A stretch of 64,000 nucleotides of DNA from a virus. Its lineage: Duplodnaviria > Caudoviricetes. Under the pieces are notes generated by a model. That model did not search any database, was not told where the DNA came from, and worked only from the letters and a program-made list of their open reading frames with translations. A program made the translations under genes and the position numbers. The DNA lies in IMG/VR virus record IMGVR_UViG_3300037067_026718, positions 1-64,000 of that record; one strand, 5' to 3'. Shown piece by piece: positions 61,001-64,000 of this stretch (positions are counted from its first letter, which is position 1; each line of letters opens with the position of its first letter).

Positions 61001-64000
61001 CTCCAAGAAGCTTTTCATCGTAGAGGCCGCCTTCGTATGACTGCAACATCTCGTATTTACCGGGACGCCCGATCCGGGTGGCCATCGCTGGATTGGGTAT
61101 TTCGCCCGAACTCATCCTGTCGACTTCTCTGTCGGTGAGAGGCAAAAGCTGGTAATTGTCGCCTTGCTTGCGGACATCAATGCCGGCGCCTTTGAGTAGT
61201 GCCTGCAACTTTTTGAACGCAAAGGTCATCTGGGGCGATGGAATGTTGCTGCCTTCCTCAACGGCCCTCCAGAAATCATCGTTCTTCTCGCTCTTGGTGG
61301 TCGCTATCTCCCGCAGGTTGCTCGTGGCTCCATGGGCCAACAGAGCGTAGAATCCCAGGCCTCCCATCTTGGGTCCCTTAATGGGGCGCTGGCTGACTAT
61401 GTCGTAAGGATCGCTTCTGTTGCGAACATTGAAGTACGGCTCGGCCTCCTGCTTCTGCCGGGTAAAGTACTGATACCCGGTCATTACCTTGATGGGCCTG
61501 TCACCATCCTTGATGGGATTGCCGTCCTTGTCGTAGATCTCTTCCTGGTCTTCAAGACCGTATTCCTTCATTTTCTTGTATACGGCCTCCGGAGAGCTCC
61601 CCTTCAGGTTGAAAAGCTCCACAATGAAAGGTATACCGGTGTGGGCGGCTATCTTCGAAGCTGCGGCCTCGATTACCTGGCCGGTGTTGTTCCTTGAGGT
61701 GACGGCGGCCGGGTTCTGAAGAATGTCGAACGGCTGACCACTTTTGTCATGAGGCATTTCATCGTCGGGAAGGATCGCAGATACGACGCCCTTCGCCTGA
61801 TGACGATTGGAATTGCCAGTCCAGCATGCCTTCCCGTTGCGACGGACATACATCACATGGTTGGGAACAGTGCAGCAATACACCAGGCCGTCGTAATCAA
61901 CCAGTTTTTCCTCCTGGATGTGCTGTGACTTTGTATGGCCATGGTTGACCATGGGCTCAGTTTTCTTCCTGATAACAGAAACCCTGTATCGATCGGCATG
62001 GGCTTCATTGTCATCCCTAAGGCACGGAGTTACATTGGCAGCCATCCCGGCTTTCAATGCTATTTCCTGAACGTCATCAGCCAAGCGCTTACTCGTAGTG
62101 GAGTAACTCACACATGAAAAACTGGAGCCGTCGCAAGAAAGCAGTGCATCCAAAAGAATATTCATCTGCCTCTGCGACAACTCCATGAACTCCCTGGGGA
62201 CATACTTGTCGTTGGCGTGTCCGAGTACCGATAGATACTCATTGAGCTGCCTTGAGGATATGATGATTTTGCCTTCCCTGGGATTGTACGGCCACTTCAT
62301 TCTATCAAGGCATGCTGTGATTCTGTGGTAGACGTAACCACCATACGAATTCTTTGTTGTTTTATTCTTATTGATAGTTACGTAATATCCATCTTTCGAG
62401 AAATGGCCATCAGCTATGTAATACCCCAGGAATTCCAGCCAGTCATCCATGGCTACTTCAGGAAGCCCATGGGGGCTGAAGCCATGATGACGGCCATCCA
62501 CAGTCAGCAGGCAAAACTCTGATGCTTCCTTACCTATCCAAGTTCCATTCTTCTTGTACTGGACTCGTCGGCCCATAATATCCTGAGCCTGATGCAAGGC
62601 GAATGATTGAGCTCTCCGCGTTTTGACCAGCATGTTGTGATTGAGAGTCGTCAGCAAGTCGATCTGCTGAGACCGGATGCCATACATTTTTCCGGTGTGC
62701 CAATAGGAGAACACAGCCTCTGGATGCTGGTATTCCACAATTCCGGTATCCTGGTTGAGCGTGCATACCTGCTCATTAACGGTGAGATCAGAAACCGGGA
62801 TCCAACCCCTCTGGGTAAGGTATTCGTGGTCATCTGAAAGACACAGCTTATCCCCTGTCTTTACCGACCGCTCCGACCGCACGAAAATCTTGATCCCGGT
62901 GGGAGTACGGACTATTCTTTCGACGACGCCCGGGTCGCTGGCTTCCCAGACCTTGTCATCCCTGATCAGTTGCTGCTTCATTACCTGGCTCACATTGCCT
63001 GCCAGGATATCCTCCTGGGTCAAGCTTTTGGGGGTGAGCTTGAGGATGATAGGGTCACCGGTGTTCAACACGGTGCCTTCTTTGACAACTCCGTCATCAT
63101 CTATGTTGTCGAGCTGCATGGCCCGGTACTCTTTGGGATAGAGGGCCTTGAACCTGTTCTTATTGAAAACGTCATGCTTCCTGGAGCTGGCTTCCACCTG
63201 GTCTACGTGGATGGCTTTCATCTTCTCGGCAGCGCTCTCGGATATCAGCAGGCCGTCCATGAAGTTCCAGCCCTTGTATGGAAGAAAGGCCACTCTGAGA
63301 TTGCGCCCCATAGCCAGCATGCCGTTCCTGATGAAACTGTTGGTGGCGACTGCCTGCCCCTTCTTTACTATTTCACCCGCCTTTACAACGGGTATTTCAT
63401 GGATGACATTGCCTCCGTTGAGAGGGTAGTTTGTGTAAAGCTCTATGTCTTCGGTATCGCCGGTCTTGATGTCGCGCAGGGTGATGGAGTCCTTCTTCAC
63501 CTTCACGACTTCGCAATCGCCCATGTAAGAAGGAACGCGCCGAGAGAATCGGTTGCCGAACTCTTGTTCCGCGGTGAAGACGGATCCATCCGCGTTTTTG
63601 TGAACCCCGGCCAATACCAAGGGGTTTTCCGGCTCTGCAAGCATGAGAGCATGTGTGCTTTGCTTGACGGACATAGTGCTTCTTGTAGGAATGTTGTTGG
63701 GAAGGAATGGGATCAAAAGGCTTGCCCAGTCAAAAGCATGGTGGGGGGAGGCTATGACGTAATCGATCTTCGAGTATGGAACCTCAACTATCTCGCCGTG
63801 ATGCAATGCCTTTACCTTGGCCTTGTTGGGAAGGTACACCCCGGTTTCGCGCATGCTGTACTCACCAGGAATGGCGGTGTACTTGTCGTATATCTCCCGG
63901 GGGGTAACCGCCTTTGTTCCGGATTGCTTGCCCGTGGTGAAATCGAGAACGGAAGCCTTGAGCTCCCTCCCCACCTTCCGGGCGCCGGACGACAGATGCA
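58044..64000 (-). CDS. rpoBC: fused beta-beta' multisubunit-type RNA polymerase (5' end beyond window), intein-containing
   Basis: beta: GRNLRVAFLPYKGWNF.D, GDKL/SNRHQAKGVV, NP..V.SR.N.GQ; beta': WGHISL, VPVLPPQFRP, RAVI.P.P.L, R.P.LH, NADFDGD (59976-59996), SGAKG, EPAVQLTLKAFH; frame open to 64000. Confidence 0.95.
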   Translation of the reverse strand, partial: HLSSGARKVGRELKASVLDFTTGKQSGTKAVTPREIYDKYTAIPGEYSMRETGVYLPNKAKVKALHHGEIVEVPYSKIDYVIASPHHAFDWASLLIPFLPNNIPTRSTMSVKQSTHALMLAEPENPLVLAGVHKNADGSVFTAEQEFGNRFSRRVPSYMGDCEVVKVKKDSITLRDIKTGDTEDIELYTNYPLNGGNVIHEIPVVKAGEIVKKGQAVATNSFIRNGMLAMGRNLRVAFLPYKGWNFMDGLLISESAAEKMKAIHVDQVEASSRKHDVFNKNRFKALYPKEYRAMQLDNIDDDGVVKEGTVLNTGDPIILKLTPKSLTQEDILAGNVSQVMKQQLIRDDKVWEASDPGVVERIVRTPTGIKIFVRSERSVKTGDKLCLSDDHEYLTQRGWIPVSDLTVNEQVCTLNQDTGIVEYQHPEAVFSYWHTGKMYGIRSQQIDLLTTLNHNMLVKTRRAQSFALHQAQDIMGRRVQYKKNGTWIGKEASEFCLLTVDGRHHGFSPHGLPEVAMDDWLEFLGYYIADGHFSKDGYYVTINKNKTTKNSYGGYVYHRITACLDRMKWPYNPREGKIIISSRQLNEYLSVLGHANDKYVPREFMELSQRQMNILLDALLSCDGSSFSCVSYSTTSKRLADDVQEIALKAGMAANVTPCLRDDNEAHADRYRVSVIRKKTEPMVNHGHTKSQHIQEEKLVDYDGLVYCCTVPNHVMYVRRNGKACWTGNSNRHQAKGVVSAILPDDEMPHDKSGQPFDILQNPAAVTSRNNTGQVIEAAASKIAAHTGIPFIVELFNLKGSSPEAVYKKMKEYGLEDQEEIYDKDGNPIKDGDRPIKVMTGYQYFTRQKQEAEPYFNVRNRSDPYDIVSQRPIKGPKMGGLGFYALLAHGATSNLREIATTKSEKNDDFWRAVEEGSNIPSPQMTFAFKKLQALLKGAGIDVRKQGDNYQLLPLTDREVDRMSSGEIPNPAMATRIGRPGKYEMLQSYEGGLYDEKLLGGMQGDKWGHISLAEPLPNPVYEKAIRAILGLTQGAYDDIIAGRVGYKDGVLAPRVKGDKSITGGHAFKAMLSSIDVESSIKSLKEMIPNHTGTAKDAMVKKLRYLNALQRIGIKPENAYVISKVPVLPPQFRPVYLTKDNGIRVSDFTALYQDIGTLAMTLKDGQGSMPASVLDEVRTNLYDAVKAIQIGATGIGYGAKPRTGILEYLKGESSSWGHFQDKIFDKRQSVGGRAVIRPNPGLSVDEIGLPEESAWPLFHSFVMRRLTKEGIPPLEARRMIEDREALAEATLQAEMKHRPVMITRDPKLHKFNVMAFWAKMIPGKSMEISPLIARGFNADFDGDAMGYSVPVSDEAVREAREKLLPSKNLFKPGLDQTIMRPEEDTIAGLYYGTHFVDPRPDKKYTTEREVIEAYEANEIALNDGVTLKTDKGNVVVTAGRILVNKAIPEQFRQGYNVVYNDKKIGEILNAVGKHAPGDYVNTLMKLTDLGNAFNTRVGLSFSLKDFMPISKEEMSKSVGGFLAQKETDSVYSRLRSSIDPRSAVAVLADSGAKGNWSNVMQIKFSPMTVNGFDGPIPHLIRTGYGEGLDFMDYWVASKGNRPALHSKSIEVREPGYFSKQLLRSTLGSVVAPGDANPTDGIEYPIDHPTVLQRYLAFDLVTPAGKTLAVAGDPITEELIASARSNKIKTVMVRSPLTSVAKTGFYAKDFGRLPDGEKPKVGADIGVISAHTLTEPAVQLTLKAFHGGGSALSSNKIEGLYAIWPLLNGRAPAGAKATLAPEAGVVGKINKMRGGGYEIIMQDGTSFTTSTNAPLKVAVGDRLKAGFQINEGLPDPNDVMKYNGLRAMQNYLVDEIERNYGGKAPDRRYIETVVAALTRYGKVLDPGSSQDMMTGDIKDIKELQAINADIGDSDALIKYEPVFDGMDYDLAKNEPDWALKMLGRDMVRQLQESAAMGAMSPSKGVKPVTPFLQGIDFGRDLWRTGEY
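61812..62843 (-). mobile_element. 344-aa intein with LAGLIDADG homing endonuclease
   Basis: Starts CLSDDHEYLTQRGW; block B TTLNHNM; FLGYYIADG and LDALLSCDG; ends VYCCTVPNH..VRRNG..WTGN followed by Ser. Confidence 0.93.

Noticed and set aside
1-64000. Long plus-strand ORFs (e.g. 10118-11089, 29415-30698, 44696-45505)
   Set aside because: They are antisense shadows of motif-bearing minus-strand genes with no recognisable domains.
1-64000. Genome-wide stop-codon recoding
   Set aside because: Genes tile densely under the standard code with TAA, TAG and TGA all used as stops; only one in-frame TGA was noticed.
1-64000. CRISPR array
   Set aside because: No regularly spaced 25-45 bp repeats with unique spacers were seen; the 18808-18946 repeats are 12-bp tandem units.
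58044-64000. Cellular rpoBC locus
   Set aside because: No rplKAJL/rpsL/rpsG context, extreme divergence, loss of Zn sites and surrounding phage-type genes.

Overview
This looks like a 64-kb slice of a large (jumbo-type) bacteriophage genome. The genes are almost all on the minus strand. Reading in the direction of transcription (right to left), the window contains: (1) a bacterial-type RNA polymerase with beta and beta' fused in one ORF, cut by the right window edge, with a 344-aa LAGLIDADG intein and both beta' Zn sites missing; (2) an AT-rich non-coding island at about 54.9-55.4 kb; (3) about 100 small, tightly overlapping early-type ORFs, among which are a BCS1-like AAA ATPase, an SMC/AAA ATPase, a radical SAM protein, a beta-clamp, a DEDDh exonuclease, a C5 DNA methyltransferase, a TOPRIM protein, Thg1, an Ltp-family protein and a replication initiator with iteron-like repeats; (4) translation-related genes (S1-like protein, tRNA-Lys, tRNA-Leu, tmRNA). 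The most striking find is an HNH endonuclease gene wholly overprinted in the +1 frame inside an unbroken Gp37Gp68/DUF5131 gene, with a near-consensus sigma70 promoter written into host codons and no intron or intein. Also notable are a set of uncharacterised structured RNAs (two motifs that each occur twice with compensatory base changes, a 207-nt tRNA-shaped RNA, a putative attenuator before the S1 gene) and a repeated phage-type promoter. All family calls come from reading motifs by eye; no database search or folding program was run.
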